From Eledone cirrhosa (taxonomy: Eukaryota): a DNA stretch of 64,000 nt. The translations under genes were made by a program, and so were the position numbers. Location: the NCBI GenBank assembly GCA_964016885.1, contig OZ024744.1, positions 51,336,001 through 51,400,000 of the forward strand, given 5' to 3'. This document shows positions 28,299 through 44,400 of this stretch, one piece after another; position 1 is the stretch's first letter; every line of letters starts with the position of its first letter. Below the pieces are notes generated by a model that saw only the letters and a list, made by a program, of their open reading frames with translations, was not told the origin of the DNA and did not search any database.

Positions 28299-29487
28299 CA
28301 TATATAACACAGTATTATATATAACACCGTATTATATATAACACCGTATTATATATAACACTGTATAATATATAACGCTGTATTATATATAACACAGTAT
28401 TATATATAACACTGTATTATATATAACACTGTATAATATATAACACTGTACTATATATAACACTGTATTATATATAACACTGTATTATATATAAGACTGT
28501 ATAATATATAACACAGTATTATATATAACACTGTATTATAAATAACACTGTATTATATATAACACAGTATTATATATAACACAGAGGGCGGTCGATTGGC
28601 AGTATCGGTAGAGGGTCGGACGCCATGCTTTCCAGCATAGTTACCTCCCTTTACGATCTGAGTTCAACTCCCGCCGAGGTTAACTTTGCCTTTCATCCTT
28701 ACGGGGTCAATAAAATAAAGTACCAGTAATGAACTGGGTTATTGCTGGCCTTGTGCCTAAAGTAGAAACAATTATATATAACACAGTATTATATATAACA
28801 CTGTATTATAACACTGTACTATATATAACACTGTATTATATATAACACTGTATTATATATAACACTGTATAATATATAACACTGTACTATATATAACACT
28901 GTATTATATATAACACTGTATTATATATAACACTGTATTATATATAACACTGTATAATATATAACACTGTACTATATATAACACTATTATATATAACACT
29001 GTATTATATATAACACTGTATTATATATAACACTGTATTATATATAACACTGTATAATATATAACACTGTACTATATATAACACTATTATATATAACACT
29101 GTATTATATATAACACTGTATTATATATAACACTGTATTATATATAACACTGTATTATATATAACACAGTATTATATATAACACCGTATTATATATAACA
29201 CTGTATAATATATAACACTGTACTATATATAACACTGTATTATATATAACACTGTATTATATATAACACTGTATTATATATAACACTGTATAATATATAA
29301 CACTGTATTATAACACTGTATTATATATAACACTGTATTATATATAAAACTGTACTATATATAACACTGTATTATATATAACACTGTATTATATATAACA
29401 CAGTATAATATATAACACAGTATTATATATAACACTGTATTATATATAACACAGTGCTATATATAACACTGTATTATATATAACACT
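28299..29487. repeat. 17-bp tandem array (TATATAACACTGTATTA)n
   Basis: Direct reading; interrupted by a SINE. Confidence 0.95.
28585..28772 (+). mobile_element. Full-length S1 SINE inserted in the 17-bp array
   Basis: Boxes A and B present; flanked by ATTATATATAACACAG on both sides (28569-28584 and 28771-28786), an apparent TSD that is ambiguous within a tandem array. Confidence 0.9.
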
Positions 29488-32400
29488 GTCTGTCCTGCCC
29501 TACATGTAATGTAACCCCTATATCTATAATATTTACTGTACTATATATAACACTGTTTGTCCAGCCGTACATGTAATGTAACCCCTATATCTATATTTAC
29601 TGTACTATATATAACACTGGCTGTCCAGCCCTACATGTAATGTAACCCCTATATCTATAATATTTACTGTAGTATATACGTAACACTATCTGTCCAGCCC
29701 TACATGTAATGTAACCCCTATATCTATAACACTATCTGTCCAGCCCTACATGTAATGTAACCCCTATATGTATAATATATACTGTATTATATATAACACT
29801 GCCTGTACAGCCCTACATGTATAATAACCCCTATATCTATAATATTTACTGTACTATATATAACACTGTCTGTGCAGCCCCACATATAATGTAACCCCTA
29901 TATCTGTAATATTTACTGTACCATATATAACACTGTCTGTCCAGCCCTACATGTAATGTAACACCTATATCTATAATATTTACTGTACCATATATAACAC
30001 TGTCTGTCCTGCCCCACATGTAATATAACCCCTATATCTATAATATTTACTGTATTTATATAACACTATCTGTCCAGCCCCACATGTAATGTAACCCCTA
30101 TATCTATAATATTTACTGTACTATATATGGCACTGTCTGTCCAGCCCCACATGTAATATAACCCCTATATTTATAATAATTTACTGAAGTATATATAACA
30201 CTATCTGTCCAGCCCCACATGTAATGTAACGCCTATATCTATAATATTTACTGTACTATATATAACACTGTCTGTCCAGCCCTATATGTAATATAACCCC
30301 TATATCTATAATATTTACTGTACTATATATAACACTGTCTGTCCAGCCCTACATGTTATGTAACCCCTATATCTATAATATTTACTGTACTATATATGAC
30401 ACTGTCTGTCCAGCCCAACATGTAATGTAACCTCTCTATATATAACACTGTCTGTCTAGCCCTACATGTAATGTAACCCATATATCTATAATATTTACTG
30501 TACTAAATATAACACTGTCTGTCCAGCCCTACATGTAATGTAACCCCTATATCTATAATATTTACTGTAGTATATATAACATTGTCTATCCAGCCCTACA
30601 TGTAATGTAACCCCTATATCTATATTTACTGTACGATATATAACAGTCTGTCCAGCCCCACATGTAATGTAACCCCTATATCTATAATATTTACTGTACT
30701 ATATATGATGTTATACATGTAATGTAACCCCTATATCTATAATATTTACTGTACTATATATGACACTATCTATCCAGCCCTACCTGTAATATAACCTCTA
30801 TATCTATAATATTTACTGTACTATATATAACACTGTCTGTCCAGCCCTACATGTAATGTAACCCCTATATCTATGATATTTACTGTACTATATATAACAC
30901 TGTCTGTCCAGCCCTACATGTAATGTAACCCCTATATCTATAATATTTACTGTACTATATATAACACTGCCTGTGCAGCCCTAGATGTAATCTAATCCCT
31001 ATATCTATAATATTTACTGCACTATATATAACACTGTCTGTCCAGCCCTACATGTAATGTAACCCCTATATCTATAATATTTACTGTACTATATATATCA
31101 CTGTCTGTCCAACCACACATGTAATGTAACCCCTATATCTATAATATTTACTGTACTATATATATCGCTGTCTGTCCAGCCCTATATGTAATGTAACCCC
31201 TATATCTATATTTAAATCTATAATATTTACTGTACTATATACAACACTGTCTGTGCAGTCCTACACGTAATGTAACCCCTATATATATAACACTGTCTGT
31301 CCAGCCCTACATGTAATGTAACCCCTATATGTATAATATTTACTTTATTATATATAACACTGTCTGTCCAGCCCTACATGTAATATAACCTCTATATCTA
31401 TAATATTTACTGTACTATATATAACACGATTTGTCCAGCCCTACATGTAATGTAACCCCTATATCTATAATATTTACTGTACTATATATAACACTATCTG
31501 TCCAGCCCTACATGTATGTAACCCCTATATCTATAATATTTACTGTACTATATACAACACTGTCTGTGCAGTCCTACATGTAATGTAACCCCTATATATA
31601 TAACACTGTCTGTCCAGCCCTACATGTAATGTAACCCCTATATATATAACACTGTCTGTCCAGCCCTTCATGTAATGTAACCCCTATATCTATAATATTT
31701 ACTGTACTATATATAACACTGTCTGTCCAGCCCCACATGTAATATAACCCCTATATCTATAATATTTACTGTACCATATATAACACTGTCTGTGCAGCCC
31801 TACATGTAATGTAACCCCTATATCTCTAATATTTACCATATATAACACTGTCTGTCCAGCCCTACATGTAATGTAACCCCTATATCTATAATATTTACTG
31901 TACTATATATGGCATTATCTCTCCCGTCCTACATGTAATGTAACCCCATATATCTATAATATTTACTGTACTATATATAACACTGTCTGTCCAGCCCTAC
32001 ATCTAATGTAACCCCTATATATATAACACTATCTGTCCTGCCCTACATGTAATATAACCCCTGAAGTCCCTGGCCTGGCAGTGCTACCGAGGAGCTTTAC
32101 CCGTTCGAGAAAGGCTCTACAGACACGGGCGCCCGGGTAGGGACCCCGCCAAAAAGATCTGTCCCAGATGCGCGTGCGACGAGGAAACCGTTGCACACGC
32201 ATTGGTACACTGCTCGGGCGTAGCCGATCTGTGGGGCTATGTCGAACAACTGCTGTCAAGGGTGGGACCGATCCGGTTGACCACCGAGTCTATTGTAATG
32301 ATCAAGCCGCCTCCCCCCTTCAAAGATGAAGCAGAGGCGGTGTTTCTGTGCGTAATAGCCATGGCGAAAGAGGTTGTATGGTGGACGCGTCTGAAAGGAC

Positions 32401-35400
32401 TGAGGTCAGGCACCTTTCTCTCTGGCCAACAACTGGTCCGTTTCTTCCGATATTATTTCGGAAGAAGAATCAGGATGGAGAGAGAGGTGCTGCACCCCAG
32501 TCGTTTTTATGAAAGGTGGGTGAAAGTGGCGAGAATGGCCCGTGTGAATGGGCCTTCTCTTTACATGAGCCTGTAGGTGGAAAAGAGGAAGGAACGAGGG
32601 AGCACCCCCTCTCTGTGCTCCTGAGGAAAAGGGTTGCACACTTTTTTCGGGGTTGTGTGCGACCCCCCAAGGCGCCTCCTCTCTATTGAGGATTTTGTTA
32701 TAAATTTTATTTTTTGTTATATTTTATAACAAAATCCTCTATTGATGATTTTGTTATAATTCTATTTTTTGTTATATTTTATTTTATTTTTATATATTGT
32801 TATTGCCTCCTCCCTATTGAGGACGCCTTGTTTTGTAAACTCCCCCCATTCTACTTGTCCCACTTTTGATGCCCTTGTGGCAAATAAAAGAAACATATCT
32901 ATAATATTTAGTGTACTATATATGACACTATCTGTCCAGCCCCACATGTAATATAACCTCTATATCTATAATATTTACTGTACTATATATAACACTGTCT
33001 GTCCAGCCCTACATGTAATGTAACCCCTATATCTATGATATTTACTGTACTATATATAACACTGTCTGTCCAGCCCTACATGTAATGTAACCCCTATATC
33101 TATAATATTAACTGTACTATATATAACACTGTCTGTCCAGCCCCACATGTAATATAACCCCTATATCTATAATATTTACTGTATTATATATAACACTGTC
33201 TGTCCAGCCCTACATGTAATGTAACCCCTATATCTATAATATTTACTGTAGTATATATAACACTGTCTATCCAGCCCTACATGTAATATAACCTCTATAT
33301 CTATAATATTTACTGTACTATATATAACACAATCTGTCCTGCCCTACATGTAATGTAACCCTATATCTATAATATTTACTGTACTATATACAACACTGTC
33401 TGTGCAGTCCTACATGTAATATAACCCCTATATATATAACACTGTCTGTCCAGCCCTACATGTAATGTAACCCAAATATCTATAATAATTACTGTACTAG
33501 AGATAACACTGTCTGTCCAACCCCACATGTAATATAACCCCTATATATATAATATTTACTGTAGTATATATAATCACTGTCTGTCAAGCCCTACATGTAA
33601 TGTAACCCCTATATCTATAATATTTACTGTACTATATATAACACTGTCTGTCCAGCCATACATGTAATATAACCCCTATATCTTTAATATTTACTGTACT
33701 ATATATAACACTGTATGTCCAGCCCCACATGTAATGTAACCCCTATATCTATATTATTTACTGTACTATATATAACACTGTCTGTCCATCTCTACATGTA
33801 ATGTAACCTCTATATCTATAATATTTACTGTACTATATATAACACTGTCTGTCCAGCCCTACATGTAATGTAACCCCTATATCTATAATATTTACTGTTC
33901 TATATATAACACTGTCTGTCCAGCCCTACATGTAATGTAACCCCTATATCTATAATATTTACTGTAGTATATATAACACTGTCTGTCCAGCCCTACATCT
34001 AATGTAACCCCTATATATATAACACTGTCTGTCCAGCCCTACTTGTAATGTAACCCCTATATCTATATTTACTGTACTATATATAACACTGTCTGTCCAG
34101 ACCTACATGTAACGTAACCCCTATATCTATAATATTTAATGTACTATATATAACACTGTCTGTCCAGCCCTACATGTAATGTAACCCCTATATCTATAAT
34201 ATTTACTGTACTATATACAACACTGTCTGTGCAGTCCTACATGTAATGTAACCCCTATATATATAACACTGTCTGTCCAGCCCTACATGTAATGTAACCC
34301 CTATATATATAACACTGTCTGTCCAGCCCTACATGTAATGTAACCCAAATATCTATAATATTTAGTGTACTATATATAACATTGTCTGTCCAGCCCCACC
34401 TGTAATGTAACCCCTATATCTATAATATTTACTGTACTATATATAACACTGTCTGTCCAGACCTACATGTAATGTAACCTTTATATCTATAATATTTACT
34501 GTACTATATATAACACTATCTGTCCAGCCCCACATGTAATGTAACCCCTATATCTATAATATTTACTGTAGTATATATAACACTGTCTGTCCAGCCCTAC
34601 ATCTAATGTAACCCCTATATATATAACACTGTCTGTCCAGCCCTGCATGTAATGTAACCCCTATATCTATAATATTTACTGTACTATATATATCACTGTC
34701 TGTCCAGCTCTAGATGTAATGTAACCCCTATATCTATAATATTTACTGTACTATATATAACACTGTCTGTTTAGCCCTACATGTAATATAACCCCTATAT
34801 CTATATAATATTTACTGTACTATATATAACACTGTCTGTCCAGCCCTACATGTAATGTAACCCCTATATCTATAATATTTACTGTACTATATATAACACT
34901 GTCTGTCCAGCCCTACATGTAATATAACCCCTATATCTATAATATTTACTGTACTACATATAACACTCTCTGTCCAGCCCCACATGTAATATAACCCCTA
35001 TATCTATAATATTTACTGTAGTATATATAACACTGTCTGTCCAGCCCCACATGTAATGTAACCCCTATATCTAAAATATTTACTGTACTATATATAACAC
35101 TGTCTGTCCAGCCCTACATGTAATGTAACCCCTATATCTATAATATTTACTGTACTATATATATCACTGTCTGTCCAACCCCACATGTAATGTAACCCCT
35201 ATATCTATAATATTTACTGTAGTATATATAACACTGTCTGTCCAGCCCTACATCTAATGTAACCCCTATATATATAACACTGTCTGTCCAGCCCTACATG
35301 TAATGTAACCCCTATATCAATATTTACTGTACTATATATAACACTGTCTGTCCAGCCCTACATGTAATGTAATCCCTATATCAATAATATTTACTGTACC

Positions 35401-38400
35401 ATATATAACACTGTCTGTCCAGCCCTACATGTAATGTAACCCCTATATCTATAATATTTACTGTACTATATATAACACTCTCTGTCCAGTCCTACATGTA
35501 ATGTAACCCCTATATCTATAATATTTACTGTACTATATATAACACTGTCTGTCCAGCCCTACATGTAATGTAACCCCTATATCAATAATATATAATGTAC
35601 TATATATAACACTGTCTGTCCAGCCCCACATGTTTTGTAATCTCTATATCTATAATATTTACTGTACTATATATAACACTGTCTGTCCTGCCCTATATGT
35701 AATATAACCCCTATATCTATAATATTTACTGTACTATATATAACACTCCAGCCCTACATGTAATGTAACCCCTATATCTATAATATTTACTGTACTATAT
35801 ATAACACTGTCTGTCCAGCCCCACATGTAATATAACCCCTATATCTATAATATTTACTGTACTATATATAACACTATCTGTCCAGTCCTACATGTAATGT
35901 AACCCCTATATCTATAATAGTTACTGTACTAGATATAACACTGTCTGTCCAGCCCTACATGTATTGTAAGCCCTATATCAATAATATTTACTGTACTATA
36001 TATAACACTGTCTGTCCCACCCTATATGTAATATAACCCCTATATCTATAATATTTACTGTACTATATATAACACTGTCTGTCCAGCCCCACATCTAATG
36101 TAACCCCTATATCTATAATATTTACTGTACTATATATAACACTGTCTGTCCAGCCCTACATGTAATATAACCCCTATATCTACAATATTTACTGTACTAT
36201 ATATAACACTGTCTGTCCAGTCCTACATGTAATGTAACCCTTATGTATATAATATTTACTGTACTATATATAACACTGTCTGGCCAGCCCTACATGTAAT
36301 GTAACCCCTATATCTATAATATTTACTGTACTATATATAACACTGTCTGTCCAGCCCTACATGTAATGTAACCCCTATATCTATAATATTTACTGTAGTA
36401 TATATAACACTGTCTGTCCAGCTCTACATCTAATGTAACCCCTATATATATAATATTTACTGTACTATATATAACACTGTCTGTCGAGCCCTACATCTAA
36501 TGTAACCCCTATATATATAACACTGTCTGTCCAGCCCTACATATAATGTAACCCCTATATCTATAATATTTACTGTACTATATATAACACTGTCTGTCCA
36601 GCCCTACATGTAATGTAAACCCTATATATATAACACTGTCTGTCCAGCCCTACACATAATGTAACCCTATATCTATAATATTTACTGTACTATATACAAA
36701 ACTGTCTGTGCAGTCCTACATGTAATGTAACCCCTATATATATAACACTGTCTGTCCAGCCCTACATGTAATGTAACCCCTATATCTATAATATTTACTG
36801 TATTATATATAACACCGTCTATCCAGCCCTACATGTAATATAACCTCTATATCTATAATATTTACTGTACTATATATAACACTATCTGTCCAGCCCTACA
36901 TGTAATGTAACCCCTATATCTATAATATTTACTGTACCATATACAACACTGTCTGTGCAGTCCTACATGTAATGTAACCCCTATATATATAACACTGTCT
37001 GTCCAGCCCTACATGTAATGTAACCCCTATATATATAACACTGTCTGTCCAGCCCTACATGTAATGTAACCCAAATATCTATAATATTTACTGTACTATA
37101 TATAACATTGTCTGTCCAGCCCCACATGTAATGTAACCCCTATATCTATAATATTTACTGTACTATATATAACACTGTCTGTCCAGCCCTACATGTAATG
37201 TAACCTTTATATCTATAATATTTACTGTACTATATATAACACAATCTGTCCAGCCCTACATGTAACGTAACCCCTATATCTATAATATTTACTGTACTAT
37301 ATATAACACTCTCTGTCCAGTCCTACATGTAATGTAACCCCTATATCTATAATATTTACTGTACTATATATAACACTGTCTGTCCTGCCCTACATGTAAT
37401 ATAACCCCTATATCTATAATATTTACTGTACTATATATAGCACTGTCTGTCCAGCCCTACATGTAATGTAACCCCTATATCTATAATATTTACTGTACTA
37501 TATATAACACTCCAGCCCTACATGTAATGTAACCCCTATATCTATAATATTTACTGTACTATATATAACACTGTCTGTCCAGCCCCACATGTAATATAAC
37601 CCCTATATCTATAATATTTACTGTACTATATATAACACTATCTGTCCAGTCCTACATGTAATGTAACCCCTATATCTATAATAGTTACTGTACTAGATAT
37701 AACACTGTCTGTCCAGCCCTACATGTATTGTAAGCCCTATATCAATAATATTTACTGTACTATATATAACACTGTGTGTCCCACCCTATATGTAATATAA
37801 CCCCTATATCTATAATATTTACTGTACTATATATAACACTGTCTGTCCAGCCCCACATCTAATGTAACCCCTATATCTATAATATTTACTGTACTATATA
37901 TAACACTGTCTGTCCAGCCCTACATGTAATATAACCCCTATATCTATAATATTTACTGTACTATATATAACACTGTCTGTCCAGTCCTACATGTAATGTA
38001 ACCCTTATGTATATAATATTTACTGTACTATATATAACACTGTCTGGCCAGCCCTACATGTAATGTAACCCCTATATCTATAATATTTACTGTACTATAT
38101 ATAACACTGTCTGTCCAGCCCTACATGTAATGTAACCCCTATATCTATAACATTTACTGTACCATATATAACACTGTCTGTCCTGCACTACATGTAATGT
38201 AAACCCTATATCTATAATATTTACTGTACTATATATAACACTGTCTGTCCAACCCCACATGTAATGTAACCCCTATATCTATAATAGTAACTGTACTATA
38301 TATAACACTGTCTGACCAGCCCTACATGTAATGTAACCCCTATATCTATAATATTTACTGTAGTATATATAACACTGTCTGTCCAGCTCTACATCTAATG

Positions 38401-41400
38401 TAACCCCTATATCTATAATATTTACTGTACTATATATAACACTGTCTGTCCAGCCCTACATCTAATGTAACCCCTATATATATAACACTGTCTGTCCAGC
38501 CCTACATATAATGTAACCCCTATATCTATAATATTTACTGTACTATATATAACACTGTCTGTCCAGCCCTACATGTAATGTAACCCCTATATATATAACA
38601 CTGTCTGTCCAGCCCTACACATAATGTAACCCCTATATCTATAATATTTACTGTACTATATACAACACTGTCTGTGCAGTCCTACATGTAATGTAACCCC
38701 TATATCTATAATAGTTACTGTACTAGATATAACACTGTCTGTCCAGCCCTACATGTATTGTAAGCCCTATATCAATAATATTTACTGTACTATATATAAC
38801 AGAGTGTGTCCCACCCTATATGTAATATAACCCCTATATCTATAATATTTACTGTACTATATATAACACTGTCTGTCCAGCCCCACATGTAATGTAACCC
38901 CTATATCTATAATAGTTACTGTACTAGATATAACACTGTCTGTCCAGCCCTACATGTATTGTAAGCCCTATATCAATAATATTTACTGTACTATATATAA
39001 CACTGTGTGTCCCACCCTATATGTAATATAACCCCTATATCTATAATATTTACTGTACTATATATAACACTGTCTGTCCAGCCCCACATCTAATGTAACC
39101 CCTATATCTATAATATTTACTGTACTATATATAACACTGTCTGTCCAGCCCTACATGTAATATAACCCCTATATCTATAATATTTACTGTACTATATATA
39201 ACACTGTCTGTCCAGTCCTACATGTAATGTAACCCTTATGTATATAATATTTACTGTACTATATATAACACTGTCTGGCCAGCCCTACATGTAATGTAAC
39301 CCCTATATCTATAATATTTACTGTACTATATATAACACTGTCTGTCCAGCCCTACATGTAATGTAACCCCTATATCTATAACATTTACTGTACCATATAT
39401 AACACTGTCTGTCCTGCACTACATGTAATGTAAACCCTATATCTATAATATTTACTGTACTATATATAACACTGTCTGTCCAACCCCACATGTAATGTAA
39501 CCCCTATATCTATAATAGTAACTGTACTATATATAACACTGTCTGACCAGCCCTACATGTAATGTAACCCCTATATCTATAATATTTACTGTAGTATATA
39601 TAACACTGTCTGTCCAGCTCTACATCTAATGTAACCCCTATATCTATAATATTTACTGTACTATATATAACACTGTCTGTCCAGCCCTACATCTAATGTA
39701 ACCCCTATATATATAACACTGTCTGTCCAGCCCTACATATAATGTAACCCCTATATCTATAATATTTACTGTACTATATATAACACTGTCTGTCCAGCCC
39801 TACATGTAATGTAACCCCTATATATATAACACTGTCTGTCCAGCCCTACACATAATGTAACCCCTATATCTATAATATTTACTGTACTATATACAACACT
39901 GTCTGTGCAGTCCTACATGTAATGTAACCCCTATATCTATAATAGTTACTGTACTAGATATAACACTGTCTGTCCAGCCCTACATGTATTGTAAGCCCTA
40001 TATCAATAATATTTACTGTACTATATATAACAGAGTGTGTCCCACCCTATATGTAATATAACCCCTATATCTATAATATTTACTGTACTATATATAACAC
40101 TGTCTGTCCAGCCCCACATGTAATATAACCCCTATATCTATAATATTTACTGTACTATATATAACACTATCTGTCCAGTCCTACATGTAATGTAACCCCT
40201 ATATCTATAATAGTTACTGTACTAGATATAACACTGTCTGTCCAGCCCTACATGTATTGTAAGCCCTATATCAATAATATTTACTGTACTATATATAACA
40301 CTGTGTGTCCCACCCTATATGTAATATAACCCCTATATCTATAATATTTACTGTACTATATATAACACTGTCTGTCCAGCCCCACATGTAATGTAACCCC
40401 TATATCTATAATATTTACTGTACTATATATAACACTGTCTGTCCAGCCCTACATGTAATATAACCCCTATATCTATAATATTTACTGTACTATATATAAC
40501 ACTGTCTGTCCAGTCCTACATGTAATGTAACCCTTATGTATATAATATTTACTGTACTATATATAACACTGTCTGGCCAGCCCTACATGTAATGTAACCC
40601 CTATATCTATAATATTTACTGTACTATATATAACACTGTCTGTCCAGCCCTACATGTAATGTAACCGCTATATCTATAACATTTACTGTACCATATATAA
40701 CACTGTCTGTCCTGCACTACATGTAATGTAAACCCTATATCTATAATATTTACTGTACTATATATAACACTGTCTGTCCAACCCCACATGTAATGTAACC
40801 GCTATATCTATAATAGTTACTGTACTATATATAACACTGTCTGACCAGCCCTACATGTAATGTAACCCCTATATCTATAATATTTACTCTAGTATATATA
40901 ACACTGTCTGTCCAGCTCTACATCTAATGTAACCCCTATATCTATCATATTTACTGTACTATATATAACACTGTCTGTCCAGCCCTACATCTAATGTAAC
41001 CCCTATATATATAACACTGTCTGTCCAGCCCTACATATAATGTAACCCCTATATCTATAATATTTACTGTACTATATATAACACTGTTTGTCCAGCCCTA
41101 CATGTAATGTAACCCCTATATATATAACACTGTCTGTCCAGCCCTACACATAATGTAACCCCTATATCTATAATACTTACTGTACTATATACAACACTGT
41201 CTGTGCAGTCCTACATGTAATGTAACCCCTATATATATAACACTGTCTGTCCAGCCCTACATGTAATGTAACCCCTATATCTATAATATTTACTGTATTA
41301 TATATAACACCGTCTGTCCAGCCCTACATGTAATATAACCTCTATATCTATAATATTTACTGTACTATATATAACACAATCTGTCCAGCCCTACATGTAA

Positions 41401-44400
41401 TGTAACCCCTATATCTATAATATTTACTGTACTATATATAACACTATCTGTCCAGCCCTACATGTAATGTAACCCCTATATCTATAATATTTACTGTACT
41501 ATATACAACACTGTCTGTGCAGTCCTACATGTAATGTAACCCCTATATATATAACACTGTCTGTCCAGCCCTACATGTAATGTAACCCCTATATATATAA
41601 CACTGTCTGTCCAGCCCTACATGTAATGTAACCCAAATATCTATAATATTTACTGTACTATATATAACATTGTCTGTCCAGCCCCACATGTAATGTAACC
41701 CCTATATCTATAATATTTACTGTACTATATATAACACTGTCTGTCCAGCCCTACATGTAATGTAACCTTTATATCTATAATATTTACTGTACTATATATA
41801 ACACTATCTGTCCAGCCCCACATGTAATGTAACCCCTATATCTATAATATTTACTGTAGTATATATAACACTGTCTGTCCAGCCCTACATCTAATGTAAC
41901 CCCTATATATATATAACACTGTCTGTCCAGCCCTACATGTAATGTAACCCCTATATCTATAATATTTACTGTACTATATATAACACTGTCTGTCCAGCCC
42001 TACATGTAATATAACCCCTATATCTATATAATATTTACTGTACTACATATAACACTCTCTGTCCAGCCCCACATGTAATATAACCCCTATATCTATAATA
42101 TTTACTGTAGTATATATAACACTGTTTGTCCAGCCCCACATGTAATGTAACCCCTATATCTATAATATTTACTGTACTATATATAACACTGTCTGTCCAG
42201 CCCTACATGTAATGTAACCCCTATATCTATAATATTTACTGTACTATATATATCACTGTCTGTCCAACCCCACATGTAATGTAACCCCTATATCTATAAT
42301 ATTTACTGTACTATATATAACACTGTCTGTCCAGCCCTACATGTAATGTAATCCCTATATCAATAATATTTACTGTACCATATATAACACTGTCTGTCCA
42401 GCCCTACATGTAATGTAACCCCTATATCTATAATATTTACTGTACTATATACAACACTGTCTGTGCAGTCCTACATGTAATGTAACCCCCATATATATAA
42501 CACTATCTGTCCAGCTCTACATGTAATGTAACCCCTATATCTATAATATTTACTGTACTATATATATCACTGTCTGTCCAACCCCACATGTAATGTAACC
42601 CCTATATCTATAATATTTACTGTACTATATATAACACTGTCTGTCCAGCCCCACATGTTTTGTAATCTCTATATCTATAATATTTACTGTACTATATATA
42701 ACACTGTCTGTCCAGCCCTACATTTAATGTAACCCATATATCTATAATATTTACTGTAGTATATATAACACTGTCTGTCCAGCCCTACATGTAGTGTAAC
42801 CCCTATATCTATAATATTTACTGTACTATATATAACACTGTCTGTCCAGCCCTACATGTAATGTAACCCCTAAATCTATAATATTTACTGTAGTATATAT
42901 AACACTGTCTGTCCAGCCCTACATGTAATGTAACCCCTATATCTATAATATTTACTGTACTATATATAACACTGTATGTCCATCTCTACATGTAATGTAA
43001 CCCCTATATCTATATTTACTGTACTATATATAACACTGTCTGTCCAGCCCTACATGTAATGTAACCGCTATCTCTATAATATTTACTGTACCATATATAA
43101 CACTGTCTGTCCAGCCCTACATGTAATGTAACCCCTATATCTATAATATTAACTGTACCATATATAACACTGTCTGTCCAGCCCTACATCTAATGTAACC
43201 CCTATATCTATAATATTTACTGTATTATATATAACACTGTCTGTCCAGCCCTACATCTAATGTAACCCCTATATCCATAATATTTACTGTACTATATATG
43301 ACACTGTCTGTCCAGCCCTACATGTAATATAACCCCTATATCTATACTTACTGTACTATATATAACACTGTCTGTCCAGCCCCACATGTAATATAACCCA
43401 TATATCTATAATATTAACTGTACCATATATAACACTGTCTTTCCAGCCCTACATGTAATGTAACCCCTATATCTATAATATTTACTGTACTATATATAAC
43501 ACTCCAGCCCTACATGTAATGTAACCCTTATATCTATAATATTTACTGTACTATATATAATACTGTCTGTCCGGCCCCACATGTAATATAACCCCTATAT
43601 CTATAATATTTACTGTACTATATATAACACTATCTGTCCAGTTCTACATGTAATGTAACCCCTATATCTATAATATTTACTGTACTAGATATAACACTGT
43701 CTGTCCAGCCCTACATGTATTGTAAGCCCTATATCTATAATATTTACTGTACTATATATAACACTGTCTGTCCCACCCTACATGTAATATAACCCCTATA
43801 TCTATAATATTTACTGTACTATATATAACACTGTCTGTCCAGTCCTAAATGTAATGTAACCCTTATGTTTATAATATTTACTGTACTATATATAACACTG
43901 TCTGTCCAGCCCTACATGTAATGTAACCCCTATATCTATAATATTTACTGTACCATATATAACACTGTCTGTCCTGCACTACATGTAATGTAAACCATAT
44001 ATCTATAATATTTACTGTACTATATATAACACTGTCTGTCCAACCCCACATGTAATGTAACCCCTATATCTATAATAGTTACTGTACTATATATAACACT
44101 GTCTGTCCAGCCCTACATGTAATGTAACCCCTATATCTATAACACTGTCTGTCCAGCCCTACATGTAATGTAACCCCTATATCTATAATATTTACTGTAG
44201 TATATATAACACTGTCTGTCCAGCCCTACATCTAATGTAACCACTATATATATAACAATGTCTGTCCAGCCCTACATATAATGTAACCCCTATATCTATA
44301 ATATTTACTGTACTATATATAACACTGTCTGTCCAGCCCTACATGTAATGTAACCCCTATATATATAACACTGTCTGTCCGGCCATACACATAATGTAAC

